Shown: positions 1 to 7,243, numbered from the stretch's first letter. The stretch: DNA of 17,082 nucleotides from Halalkalibacterium halodurans (GCF_004376175.1 NZ_SNUY01000001.1:138485-155566); one strand, 5' to 3'. Numbers and translations: made by a program. The notes: generated by a model not told the origin, from the sequence alone.

Positions 1-167
1 GAATCACCAAGCCATGTAGTTACCGAAGAGAGATCAGTTATCCAAAGCTTTTTAATTACTGGCCAATCCTTATTAACAAGGGTAAGAATGCCGCCAGAAT
101 AATGGGCATTTAACTGATTTAGAACGAAGTTTTGATAAGTTTCGTGTGCAATAAACGTTGGTTTCAT
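1..167 (-). CDS. hypothetical protein, N-terminal part only (gene runs off the left edge)
   Basis: This ORF is not in the ORF track because it is too short. The reverse strand reads ATG (167-165) then MKPTFIAHETYQNFVLNQLNAHYSGGILTLVNKDWPVIKKLWITDLSSVTTWLGD, with no stop before position 1. A GAGGTG Shine-Dalgarno (rc of 173-178) sits 5 nt upstream of the ATG. No family recognised. Confidence 0.5.
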   Translation of the reverse strand, partial: MKPTFIAHETYQNFVLNQLNAHYSGGILTLVNKDWPVIKKLWITDLSSVTTWLGD

Positions 168-422
168 TTTGGCACCTCAATCACAAGTAGTAAGGGAAAA
201 TAATCCCTTCACCGGCGATTATTGTGGTGTTTTTGAAAAGTCAAGTGTTTCTTGTCGAATTCGAGAAAATATTTTGATAATTAATTTCCAGTTTTAAAAA
301 ATGAACATTAAAAAATCCCACCTAAAATAGGAGGGATGAAATAAATTGGTTTGAGGAAAATCCTTGAACCACAAAGCTCGGCGAATGCCGAGAGTCTATA
401 CTTATAAAAGGAGGGATGCTTG

Positions 423-737
423 ATGGATTACCGGTTTGAATATGACTCTCGTCTCGGTATTGCCTTGCCCGTACTTTCTCATGAATGGGAGCAGTATGCA
501 CCTGCTCTCCAAGATGCGATTTTAGTTGAGTGGGAACAAATTCGTGGCGTCATCCCTGATCGTGTGAAAGAAATTGAGCAGCAAATTAACCTCTATCAAC
601 AGCAGCTTGAAGTGGAAGAAGATTTTAACCGTTCCTGTGAACTGAACCGACAAATTGCTGAGCTTGCCTCTGTCATTAATGATCTATGGATCTGGTTCCG
701 TGCTAATCAAACGATGCCTGAACGCATGCATAGCTGA
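423..737 (+). CDS. hypothetical small protein (104-105 aa), acidic and helical
   Basis: The track ORF is 420..737. A strong AGGAGGG (409-415) lies 7-8 nt before ATG 423, so I prefer ATG 423 over TTG 420. Composition is protein-like (WEQ repeats, a QQINLYQQQLEVEE helix). I recognise no family. The last 17 sense codons plus the stop (684-737, 54 nt) overlap the still-open frame of the transposase stub on the other strand. Confidence 0.6.
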   Translation: MDYRFEYDSRLGIALPVLSHEWEQYAPALQDAILVEWEQIRGVIPDRVKEIEQQINLYQQQLEVEEDFNRSCELNRQIAELASVINDLWIWFRANQTMPERMHS

Positions 738-950
738 CCTTTTAGACAAACAGTACACCTCGTCAAATAGCTGATCATCCAACGATTCGACCATGTCATT
801 CACCACACGTGCCACATGGTTCTCTGGAATGAGATCGGAAAAATCCATAGGAAGCACGAGTTGATTCATGGTATACTGCTGATAAGTAGCCGTTTGGTTA
901 CGCAAAAAAATCGCCTTCTTTCGTTTGAATTTTGGTAGTGGTACCTTCAT
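687..950 (-). pseudogene. IS1182-family DDE transposase, N-terminal stub only (truncated remnant)
   Basis: The minus-strand translation MKVPLPKFKRKKAIFLRNQTATYQQYTMNQLVLPMDFSDLIPENHVARVVNDMVESLDDQLFDEVY matches the conserved N-terminus of IS1182-family transposases (YTMxQxxLPxDxxxxIPxNHxVRxVN...LDDxxF..Y pattern). Weak similarity (KRSAMHA versus the usual GRPAYHP) may continue to about 720. The frame then stops at 684-686. The several hundred downstream codons carrying the DDE domain are absent. Confidence 0.6.
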
Positions 951-989
951 TTTAAACGATTGGGCGATTTTTTGTATGTTCTTTCGCGT

Positions 990-1185
990 GTTAATGGGAG
1001 TCGAACGAGCGACAAGGCGGCGACTCCTGCGGGAAAAGCAACAGCGGAAGATCACCGAGAGTGGGGTTCTCGAGGAAGCTGGAGCGTTGCCCGCGGCAAA
1101 GAAAACACGACGAATGCAAACAAAGTGTGCGTGAGTCGATGTTGCACTTGTGCCTGTGGTGAAAGCGTCCGCCAAGTCGCGATTT
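990..1185. other. GC-rich, hairpin-dense non-coding block (possible IS terminal or leader region, or a structured RNA)
   Basis: By hand count, 104 of 180 nt (1001-1180) are G+C, about 58 %, against clearly AT-richer flanks. Four of six frames are open, but none has an SD or protein-like composition. Perfect stems are 997-1003/1021-1027 (GGAGTCG/CGACTCC), 1087-1091/1095-1099 and 1056-1060/1068-1072. The block lies between the transposase stub and the ecsC terminator. Confidence 0.4.
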
Positions 1186-1232
1186 AGAACAAATCAGAAA
1201 AGCTGCCTCAAAAGATAGACTTTTGAGACAGC
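1186..1232 (-). terminator. rho-independent terminator of the EcsC-family gene
   Basis: A 13-bp stem (1202-1214 with 1220-1232, one mismatch) has a 5-nt loop. On the minus strand it is followed by TTTTCTGATTTG. It lies 16 nt after the stop at 1248-1250. Confidence 0.8.
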
Positions 1233-1247
1233 TCCGTTTTGCGTTCG

Positions 1248-2099
1248 CTACAAATATTTTTCGAGCAACAGACGTTTTTGATAAAAACGGTGGCCGATCT
1301 CTAATACTTGACGTGTGTTTCGGTAATTGATTCCTGCACCAAAGGCCATTCCAATAAGCGGAACCCCTTGAATCGTTTTTTTCTTTAACATGGAAATGAC
1401 AACACTTTTCCCAATTTGACGAATCAACTGCTGTGTCCAAGGCGACGCGATAATTTGTTGGCCACTCCCGTAAAAATGAGGAGTGTATTCATCGGTTCGT
1501 TCGATCTCACGAAACAATCCATACCATGCAGGTTCTTGATAAGCCTTCGGGAGGGTTGCAACATGAAACAGCTTTAAAATGAGCATCATTTCTAACGGAT
1601 GCTTGACTTCATATCCATATGTAAGGGCAAGCTGTTGCAACGAACGGAGCTGTAATGCCATTAAAGCCGGTAAATCTAGTGCCAATAATAAGGCTCCGCC
1701 CATCCCTGCTAGCCCCCCTTGTCCAAGAGCAAGCAATCGTTGCTTTGCCATATGTTGTTCAGCTAGAAAACGAAGTTCATTCACGGAAAGTCCTTTCATC
1801 TCTTCAATCGTTTCAATGTCTGATTGAAATACTTTTGCATGAAGCAGCGTCCGCTCACGAAAATCATCTAATGATCGACTATTTTGTAAGACTGCATGGA
1901 GCTGAAACAAGACAGCATCGACTTTTTCTAACAATTGTTGCTGCTTTTCTTCCCCCAATTGGGCGAAACTTTTATCAATCCAATTTTGATAAGATTTTTC
2001 CAAGTCCGTTGTCTCATGGGCAAAAAACGCATCTTCCCATCGTTCAATTTCCGTCCAAAGCGCTTGCTCATCTTTGTTCATTTTCATTGCCATCCCCAC
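1248..2099 (-). CDS. EcsC-family protein (orphan; no ecsA/ecsB adjacent)
   Basis: The 283-aa ORF has the EcsC-type layout: N-terminal W/E-rich helices, a central glycine-rich segment (LALGQGGLAGMGGALLLALDLPAL), and a C-terminal GVPLIGMAFGAGINY...FYQKRLLLEK. The track starts at GTG 2099. ATG 2087 (MKMNK...) is better spaced from the GTGGGGA SD, so the true start may be 2087. Confidence 0.8.
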   Translation of the reverse strand: MGMAMKMNKDEQALWTEIERWEDAFFAHETTDLEKSYQNWIDKSFAQLGEEKQQQLLEKVDAVLFQLHAVLQNSRSLDDFRERTLLHAKVFQSDIETIEEMKGLSVNELRFLAEQHMAKQRLLALGQGGLAGMGGALLLALDLPALMALQLRSLQQLALTYGYEVKHPLEMMLILKLFHVATLPKAYQEPAWYGLFREIERTDEYTPHFYGSGQQIIASPWTQQLIRQIGKSVVISMLKKKTIQGVPLIGMAFGAGINYRNTRQVLEIGHRFYQKRLLLEKYL

Positions 2100-2113
2100 T
2101 TTTCATTCGTCGT

Positions 2114-3061
2114 TCAATCATTGTCAGGCGTAAACATTTTTCGTTTAAACAGTGGTGAATACGTCCAGCGCTCCTCCGCATGTGACGCCATTAACTCAAA
2201 ACTATTCAATCTTCCATTTAGTTGATCGAGAGCTGCTAATAAGATCGCTTCCTTCGTTTTAGGACCATAGACAAAGCTTGTCGCGCCTTCGTCTTGCTCA
2301 CGCTGACTGAGAATACAATGCTTTACGGCAAGAAGGATCGGCTCATCCATAGAAATACCTAGTTCCTGCGCTGTCTGGTTAATGAGTTCAACCCCAAGCA
2401 CAACATGACCGATCATTTCTCCTTCATCGGTGTATTCAGGTGCAAATGGATCATGGAGTGCTGCTACCTTGCCAATGTCGTGTAAGATCGCTGCCGCAAT
2501 GACCACATCCCGATTGATCGTTCCATAGATTAGGCTAAGCTGCAAAATGCTTTGACAAACTTCCACCACATGCTCCAAAAGGCCAGCATAATACGGGTGA
2601 TGTGTTGCTTTCGACGCAGGAATCGTCGTAAAACGTTCGCGAATCTCCTTTTTTCCTAGCATCGTTTTCACTAGTTTGAGCAACGTTTCATCTTGGATTT
2701 CTTCAATGATCATTCGCAGTTCATGCCAAAGCTCTTCCCTCGAAAGTCCAGGCTTTGAGATAAGCTCTGCTACGGTCACTGGATCTTCGTCTGTGGCCAG
2801 ACGGATTCGCTGAATGTTCAATTGCTTTTGCTGACGATAAACCGTGACAACGCCGTCTACCTTCACGACAGCGCGGCGAATTAACGCCTGCTTATGCTGT
2901 TCCGTCGCATCCCATAACCGGGCAGGAATGTATTCCAACTTTCGCTCAAGCGTTAAGTTCAAATAATCCGTCCCATTCGAGGCCCGCTTCACTTCACGAT
3001 CACGAATCATGTAAAAATCAACGACGCGCTCCCCCTCTTGACGGTCTTGAAAACGTGTCAA
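2114..3061 (-). CDS. yhaM: YhaM-family 3'-5' exoribonuclease (N-terminal OB-fold plus HD domain)
   Basis: At 315 aa it is the same size and architecture as B. subtilis YhaM. The N-terminus is OB-like (ASNGTDYLNLTLER...ARLWDA...VKVDGVV..YRQQKQL). HD-domain motifs are present (HHPYYAGLLEHV, AAILHDIGK, GHVV). The start is TTG 3061, with a GAGGGA SD 6 nt upstream. I cannot tell ortholog from paralog without the rest of the genome. Confidence 0.8.
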   Translation of the reverse strand: MTRFQDRQEGERVVDFYMIRDREVKRASNGTDYLNLTLERKLEYIPARLWDATEQHKQALIRRAVVKVDGVVTVYRQQKQLNIQRIRLATDEDPVTVAELISKPGLSREELWHELRMIIEEIQDETLLKLVKTMLGKKEIRERFTTIPASKATHHPYYAGLLEHVVEVCQSILQLSLIYGTINRDVVIAAAILHDIGKVAALHDPFAPEYTDEGEMIGHVVLGVELINQTAQELGISMDEPILLAVKHCILSQREQDEGATSFVYGPKTKEAILLAALDQLNGRLNSFELMASHAEERWTYSPLFKRKMFTPDND

Positions 3062-3184
3062 CAGTCATCCCTCGTTTCCTTTCTTCTCTTCTTATTCTAG
3101 GGCAAGCGAAAGGGAAAAGCAAAGCGACCAATGTCGTATAAAACCGTAAACACATGTGCTTAGAACGATACCTCTTTTTTCTCG

Positions 3185-3214
3185 TAAAAAAGAGGCCCCA
3201 CTCGTGGAGCCCCT
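3185..3214 (-). terminator. rho-independent terminator of ackA
   Basis: On the minus strand, AGGGGCTCCAC..GTGGGGCCTCT (3191-3201 with 3204-3214, including G-U pairs) is followed by TTTTTT. It starts 5 nt after the TAA at 3219-3221. An overlapping alternative hairpin CCTCTTTTTT/AAAAAAGAGG (3171-3180 with 3186-3195) pairs the U-tract with an A-tract. Confidence 0.8.
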
Positions 3215-3218
3215 TTCG

Positions 3219-4406
3219 TTACTGCGCTAATCGTACAGTGTCTCTTGCAATCATCACTTCTTCATTTGTTGGGATGACGAGTACTTTTACAGGTGAATGT
3301 GGATAGTTAATAAATGCTTCTTTCCCGCGAACCTGATTGAGGGAAGGGTCCCAGTATACACCCATAAACTCAAGTCCCCGTAACACTCGTTCACGAATGA
3401 CCGTACTATTCTCCCCGATCCCTGCCGTAAAGATGATCGCATCAACACCGCTCATACGCGCAGCATAGGAACCGATATATTTGTGAATGCGGGAGGTGAA
3501 TACTTCAAGGGCTAATTCAGCTCGATCATTCCCCTCTCCAGCTTGTTCTTCAATATCTCGCAAATCACTAGAGAAACCAGACACGCCGAGAAGACCGCTT
3601 TTCTTATTCAGCGTATTGATCACTTCATTTGCCGTTTGTCCTGTTTTTTCCATAATAAACGGAATTAGTGCAGGGTCAATGTTACCCGAACGTGTTCCCA
3701 TCGTCACACCCGCTAGTGGCGTAAAGCCCATCGACGTATCAATTGACTTTCCCCCGTCAATCGCTGCGATACTCGCACCGTTTCCGAGGTGGCAGGAAAG
3801 AAGACGCAATTGCTCAATTGGGCGGCCAAGCAGCTCTGCCGCACGTTGAGACACGTATTTATGAGATGTTCCGTGGAATCCATATTTACGAATTCCGAAC
3901 TCTTTATAATAGTCATAAGGCAAACTGTATAAAAATGAACTTTCCGGCATTGTTTGGTGAAACGCCGTATCAAACACAGCGACAGCTGGAACATTTGGTA
4001 ACACTTCTTTAAACGCTCGTATGCCAACAATGTTTGCTGGATTATGGAGCGGCGCTAGTTCGTTACATTCTTCGATTCCTTGAATGACCTCATCAGTGAT
4101 CAAAACCGAATCGTTAAACTTTTCACCACCATGAACGACACGGTGACCGATGCCTTCAATCTCATCTAACGATTGAATGATTTCATGGGACGTTAGCTTT
4201 TCCAGAAGGGTTTTCACGGCAAAAGCATGATCGGGAATATCGAATGTTTCTGTTACTTTTTCGCCCTTCACTTCAATGGTGAAAATTCCATCACCTAAAC
4301 CGATCCGTTCCACGACGCCCTTTGTGACTAGTTCTTCTTCCGGCATATTTAACAGCTGAAACTTCAAAGAAGAACTTCCAGCATTAATCGCCATAATTTT
4401 GGCCAT
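3219..4406 (-). CDS. ackA: acetate kinase
   Basis: The 395-aa ORF begins [18 protein letters not shown], the canonical acetate kinase N-terminus. It also carries [25 protein letters not shown] and TAGIGENS motifs. Length is identical to Bacillus AckA. Confidence 0.97.
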   Translation of the reverse strand: MAKIMAINAGSSSLKFQLLNMPEEELVTKGVVERIGLGDGIFTIEVKGEKVTETFDIPDHAFAVKTLLEKLTSHEIIQSLDEIEGIGHRVVHGGEKFNDSVLITDEVIQGIEECNELAPLHNPANIVGIRAFKEVLPNVPAVAVFDTAFHQTMPESSFLYSLPYDYYKEFGIRKYGFHGTSHKYVSQRAAELLGRPIEQLRLLSCHLGNGASIAAIDGGKSIDTSMGFTPLAGVTMGTRSGNIDPALIPFIMEKTGQTANEVINTLNKKSGLLGVSGFSSDLRDIEEQAGEGNDRAELALEVFTSRIHKYIGSYAARMSGVDAIIFTAGIGENSTVIRERVLRGLEFMGVYWDPSLNQVRGKEAFINYPHSPVKVLVIPTNEEVMIARDTVRLAQ

Positions 4407-4467
4407 GTTTTATGACAGCTCCTTTTTTGATGAATCCTCACGTTGACCCTTTTTTATTACCTTACCC

Positions 4468-4496
4468 ATTTAAGCACCAGAATCTTCAGTTTTCAA
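4468..4496 (-). promoter_or_regulatory. sigma-A promoter of ackA
   Basis: The minus strand reads TTGAAA (4496-4491), a 17-nt spacer ending in TGC (extended -10 TG), then TTAAAT (4473-4468). This sits about 60 nt upstream of the ackA ATG. Confidence 0.6.
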
Positions 4497-4548
4497 GTAA
4501 AATCGCCGATTTTCTAACGTAAACTTTCAAATTCTTTATTTTCTGACT

Positions 4549-4562
4549 TGAAACCGCTTTTT
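4549..4562. promoter_or_regulatory. candidate cre (CcpA) half-site, with an adjacent CodY-box-like sequence
   Basis: TGAAACCGCTTTTT matches the cre consensus TGWAANCGNTNWCA, except that the last two positions read TT instead of CA. It is centred roughly 95 nt upstream of the predicted ackA start site. Immediately adjacent, tATTTTCTGActtg (4537-4550) resembles the CodY box AATTTTCWGAAAATT at about 10 of 15 positions. In B. subtilis, ackA is activated by both CcpA and CodY from upstream sites. Confidence 0.25.
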
Positions 4563-4862
4563 CTTAATTCCATGTATTGGCTAGATATGAATTGATGGGA
4601 AAATCCCCTTGACGCTTCTATCAAAAGCGTTAGAAACGGCAAATTTTATGGCAAAGTGATCGTCCCTTTTGTTCTTTCATTCTTTATCCGATTTAACTCG
4701 TGCTAATACTCTCACTTTGCAAAGAATCAATAAAGGAAAACTTGGCGATTACGGAGCCTTGAATGAATGATCTTCATTGCTAAAGTTAACGAAGACTCAC
4801 AACATGTAGGATTAGAATTCTGTGGGGATGTAGAAGAAATCATTGAATAAAATTTCGCTGTC

Positions 4863-4903
4863 AAAAAAACGAAAAAACGCGAGGCACGATTCTCTCCCCG
4901 CGC
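4863..4903 (-). terminator. rho-independent terminator of ytxK
   Basis: On the minus strand, a 7-bp stem CGCGGGG..CCTCGCG (4897-4903 with 4878-4884, one G-U pair) is followed by TTTTTTCGTTTTTTT (4877-4863). It lies 5 nt after the stop at 4909-4911. Confidence 0.8.
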
Positions 4904-4908
4904 TATCC

Positions 4909-5901
4909 CTACAGCCCAAGCTGTTCATCAAACCATTTATTGATTTGTTGGACCATATCTGCAAGAGCTTCCCGCTTCGTAAAGGACGGTAGCTCTGCCA
5001 ATAACGCTTGCTGTGGAGGGCGGACCCCTTCTCCTTTTTTCTGTAACAATAAAAGGCTCTTTTCGTGTTGTTCAGCCTTAAACATTGATTTCGGTAATTG
5101 GAGCAGCCCCAAAATAACGGTCTCTTCCTTTAAAAAAGCATGCAAATCTTGGGCGTAAGGACTATTAAATAATCCATTCGGAACAACAAACAGCAAATAC
5201 CCAGCTTCTCTCACTTGCCGAATTCCATGTTCAATCATTAAGTGATGAATGTACGAATGTCCATCTGCTGCTTTTAATGAAAACCGTTCTGCTACATCAT
5301 CTCGAGGGTAGTAGCCCACGGGTAAATCTGTCGCGACAATATCGACTGTCCCTTGTTTTGAAACTTGCAAACTGTCCTGATGAAATAATTCCAATTGACG
5401 CTCCTGCAAATTTGCATTCACGAAAGCAAGCTTAAGAAGCGTCTCATCCACTTCAAAACCTAATCCGTTTGCCGGTTGCATGGACTGATTTAAAAGAGCT
5501 GTCAATAAGTTTCCAGAACCAACGGCTAGATCTAAAATCGTATACCCCTTCGGATAAGAAGCGGTCACTTTATTAAGTAAATAGCTCATAAATCCACAAA
5601 CGGCATCTGGAGTCATGGCGTGATGAGGCTGGGTAGCCTCGCGCATTCCTTTTAAAACCGCTAGCTGAAATGCTTTGCGCACGGTCTCCGCTTGCAATTC
5701 AAGAGTCGCAGCCTCTTGCACTTTTTTCTCTAAAGAAGCTAGGCTAACTTCACTAACCTCCTGGCGCACCTCTTGATAAAAAATATTGTTTCCCATCTCG
5801 GCAAGAGCCTCTAAGTAAGTGACATCCTGCTCTTTGGCAAGCACCGTCGTTCCTTCATCAAGCGCAGTATATAGCTTTTCAATCACTGTTTGTGCTTCCA
5901 T
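4909..5901 (-). CDS. ytxK: class I SAM-dependent methyltransferase, YtxK type (N6-adenine DNA methylase-like)
   Basis: The 330-aa ORF has SAM-binding motif I (ILDLAVGSGNLL) and motif IV-like TDLPVGYYP. Its size and its position between ackA and tpx match B. subtilis ytxK. A GGGAGGA SD lies upstream of the ATG. Confidence 0.85.
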   Translation of the reverse strand: MEAQTVIEKLYTALDEGTTVLAKEQDVTYLEALAEMGNNIFYQEVRQEVSEVSLASLEKKVQEAATLELQAETVRKAFQLAVLKGMREATQPHHAMTPDAVCGFMSYLLNKVTASYPKGYTILDLAVGSGNLLTALLNQSMQPANGLGFEVDETLLKLAFVNANLQERQLELFHQDSLQVSKQGTVDIVATDLPVGYYPRDDVAERFSLKAADGHSYIHHLMIEHGIRQVREAGYLLFVVPNGLFNSPYAQDLHAFLKEETVILGLLQLPKSMFKAEQHEKSLLLLQKKGEGVRPPQQALLAELPSFTKREALADMVQQINKWFDEQLGL

Positions 5902-6063
5902 ATGTCCTTGTCCTCCCTACGTACAGCAACCTATCATTATGCCATTGTAACCAATCTGAGAAAGGTTGAAAAGAGAAACGGACGATATTAGAAAAACGAA
6001 ACTTACCGCCTAGTCTTATTGGTGGAAGCGACGTTTCTCTTATCGAGGTTTACCTTCTTTAAA

Positions 6064-6097
6064 GTGAAAGAAAAAGCGCCTCCAAACGAGACGCTTT
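6064..6097 (-). terminator. rho-independent terminator of tpx
   Basis: A 10-bp stem (6073-6082 with 6088-6097, one G-U on the minus strand) has a 5-nt loop. On the minus strand it is followed by TTTTTCTTTC. Confidence 0.8.
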
Positions 6098-6107
6098 CCT
6101 AGAATGC

Positions 6108-6608
6108 TTAAAGGGCTGCTTTTGCAGCTTCAATGGCTTTTTCGTAATCTGGGTGGTTTGTCGCTTCTGATACATATTCAACATATGTTACTTCATCATT
6201 GGCATTGATGACAAATACGGCACGAGCCAATAAGCGTAGCTCTTCAATCGCGACACCGTATGCTTTTCCGAACGATAAATCCCGATGATCTGATAGCGTC
6301 TTCGCCTGCTCTAAGCCGGCCGTTGCGCACCAACGTTTTTGTGCAAATGGAAGATCCACACTAACGGTCAATACTTCAACGCCGTCAAGATTTGCTGCTT
6401 CTTCGTTAAATTTGCGTGTTTGCGCATCACATACTCCTGTATCAATAGACGGAACGACACTAATTAAACGTACCTTTCCTTTTGAGTCGTCAAGAGTCAC
6501 AGGTGATAAATCATTTGCAAGAACCGTAAAGTTTGGGGCTTTGTCTCCTACCTTTACTTCGTTACCTAGTAATGTCATTGGATTTCCTTTAAATGTGATA
6601 GACGCCAT
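6108..6608 (-). CDS. tpx: thiol peroxidase (atypical 2-Cys peroxiredoxin)
   Basis: The 166-aa ORF contains the peroxidatic Cys context [12 protein letters not shown] and the resolving Cys context QKRWCATAG. An AAGGAGGAG SD lies 4-5 nt upstream of the ATG. Confidence 0.95.
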   Translation of the reverse strand: MASITFKGNPMTLLGNEVKVGDKAPNFTVLANDLSPVTLDDSKGKVRLISVVPSIDTGVCDAQTRKFNEEAANLDGVEVLTVSVDLPFAQKRWCATAGLEQAKTLSDHRDLSFGKAYGVAIEELRLLARAVFVINANDEVTYVEYVSEATNHPDYEKAIEAAKAAL

Positions 6609-6640
6609 CGATTCTCCTCCTTAGTAAAAGCTTCTCTTTC

Positions 6641-6669
6641 ATCTTACCTTGTCCCTTTGCCCGGATCAA
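6641..6669 (-). promoter_or_regulatory. sigma-A promoter of tpx
   Basis: The minus strand reads TTGATC (6669-6664), an exact 17-nt spacer, then TAAGAT (6646-6641). This leaves a leader of about 25 nt containing the SD. Confidence 0.55.
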
Positions 6670-6761
6670 TAAAAATGGCGCCAACTGGAGCGAAAAATTA
6701 GAATTTACAGAGTAGCGGCTTCTCGCCAAGTCTTAATTACTGCAATTGAAGTTTACATTCC

Positions 6762-6796
6762 AAAAATGAAAAAAGAATGGGAACCCTCCCATCCTT
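6762..6796 (-). terminator. rho-independent terminator of the ytfI-ytfJ operon
   Basis: A 10-bp stem (6773-6782 with 6787-6796, one G-U) has a 4-nt loop. On the minus strand it is followed by TTTTCATTTTT. It begins 3 nt after the ytfJ stop (6800-6802). Confidence 0.8.
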
Positions 6797-6799
6797 CTT

Positions 6800-7243
6800 T
6801 TATACTGGCGGTTGTTGCTGATTATACATATTATTCGTATAATTGTTGCCTGCGTTTCCTCTGTTCTGCCCAAGCATTTGTTGAATTTTTTCAATTACTT
6901 GAGGAGCAAAATCGACAAGCTTCTCATATAGGTGAGTGCTGCCATCAATATGAACCATCTTAATGCCATGGCTATTGACGACTAAGAAGGCAATCGGTGT
7001 AATCGATACTCCTCCACCGCTTCCTCCACCAAACGGGTGAGAAGCCGAGTGCTGATCACCGATTTGATCCACCATAAATTCACTACCACCCGCGGCAAAT
7101 CCGAATCCTACTTTAGAGACAGGCATGATGACACTGCCATCTGGTGTTTCGACTGGATCGCCAACAATGGTATTCACGTCCACCATTTCTTTTAAATTTT
7201 CCATTGCCGTTTTCATAAGCCCTTGAATCGGATGATCTGACAT
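6800..7243 (-). CDS. ytfJ: sporulation protein YtfJ (GerW family)
   Basis: The 147-aa ORF begins with the family signature IQGLMKTAMENLKEMVDVNTIVGDPVETPDGSVIMPVSKVGFGFAAGGSEF. It also has a GGGSGGG...ITPIAFLVV segment. An AAAGGAGG SD is present, and the gene sits next to ytfI as in B. subtilis. Confidence 0.9.
   Translation of the reverse strand: MSDHPIQGLMKTAMENLKEMVDVNTIVGDPVETPDGSVIMPVSKVGFGFAAGGSEFMVDQIGDQHSASHPFGGGSGGGVSITPIAFLVVNSHGIKMVHIDGSTHLYEKLVDFAPQVIEKIQQMLGQNRGNAGNNYTNNMYNQQQPPV

Noticed and set aside
996-1007. A tRNA or tmRNA T-loop-like string GTTCGACTCCC lies on the minus strand.
   Set aside because: The five bases on either side of the TTCGACT loop (GCTCG and CCCAT) cannot pair to form a T-stem. 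No acceptor or anticodon arm can be drawn either, so this is not a tRNA gene. At most it is a chance or degenerate match.
1125-1232. I considered a class C group II intron, because such introns insert after terminators and GTGTGCG at 1125-1131 resembles an intron 5' end.
   Set aside because: The GUGYG-like string is on the plus strand, where no terminator precedes it, and only about 60 nt follow before the ecsC terminator. On the minus strand the sequence after the terminator starts GCGAC. I could find no domain V-like 34-nt hairpin and no reverse-transcriptase ORF.
925-1440. Track ORFs 925..1134(+), 960..1187(+), 991..1440(-) and the upstream part of 684..1175(-) overlap one another across the GC-rich block.
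   Set aside because: None has a Shine-Dalgarno sequence. Their compositions are Arg/Cys/Ser/Thr-rich and low-complexity, and four frames are open at once. ORF 991..1440 also runs through the ecsC terminator and into ecsC in another frame. Open frames of this kind are the expected by-product of locally high GC, not evidence of genes.
1579-4030. Track ORFs 1579..1827, 1655..2158 and 1935..2225 lie antisense to the ecsC-like and yhaM-like genes. ORFs 3487..3849 and 3743..4012 lie antisense to ackA, and 3713..4030 lies in an alternative frame of ackA.
   Set aside because: All are wholly embedded in genes with strong family signatures. They lack SDs and have skewed, unprotein-like compositions.
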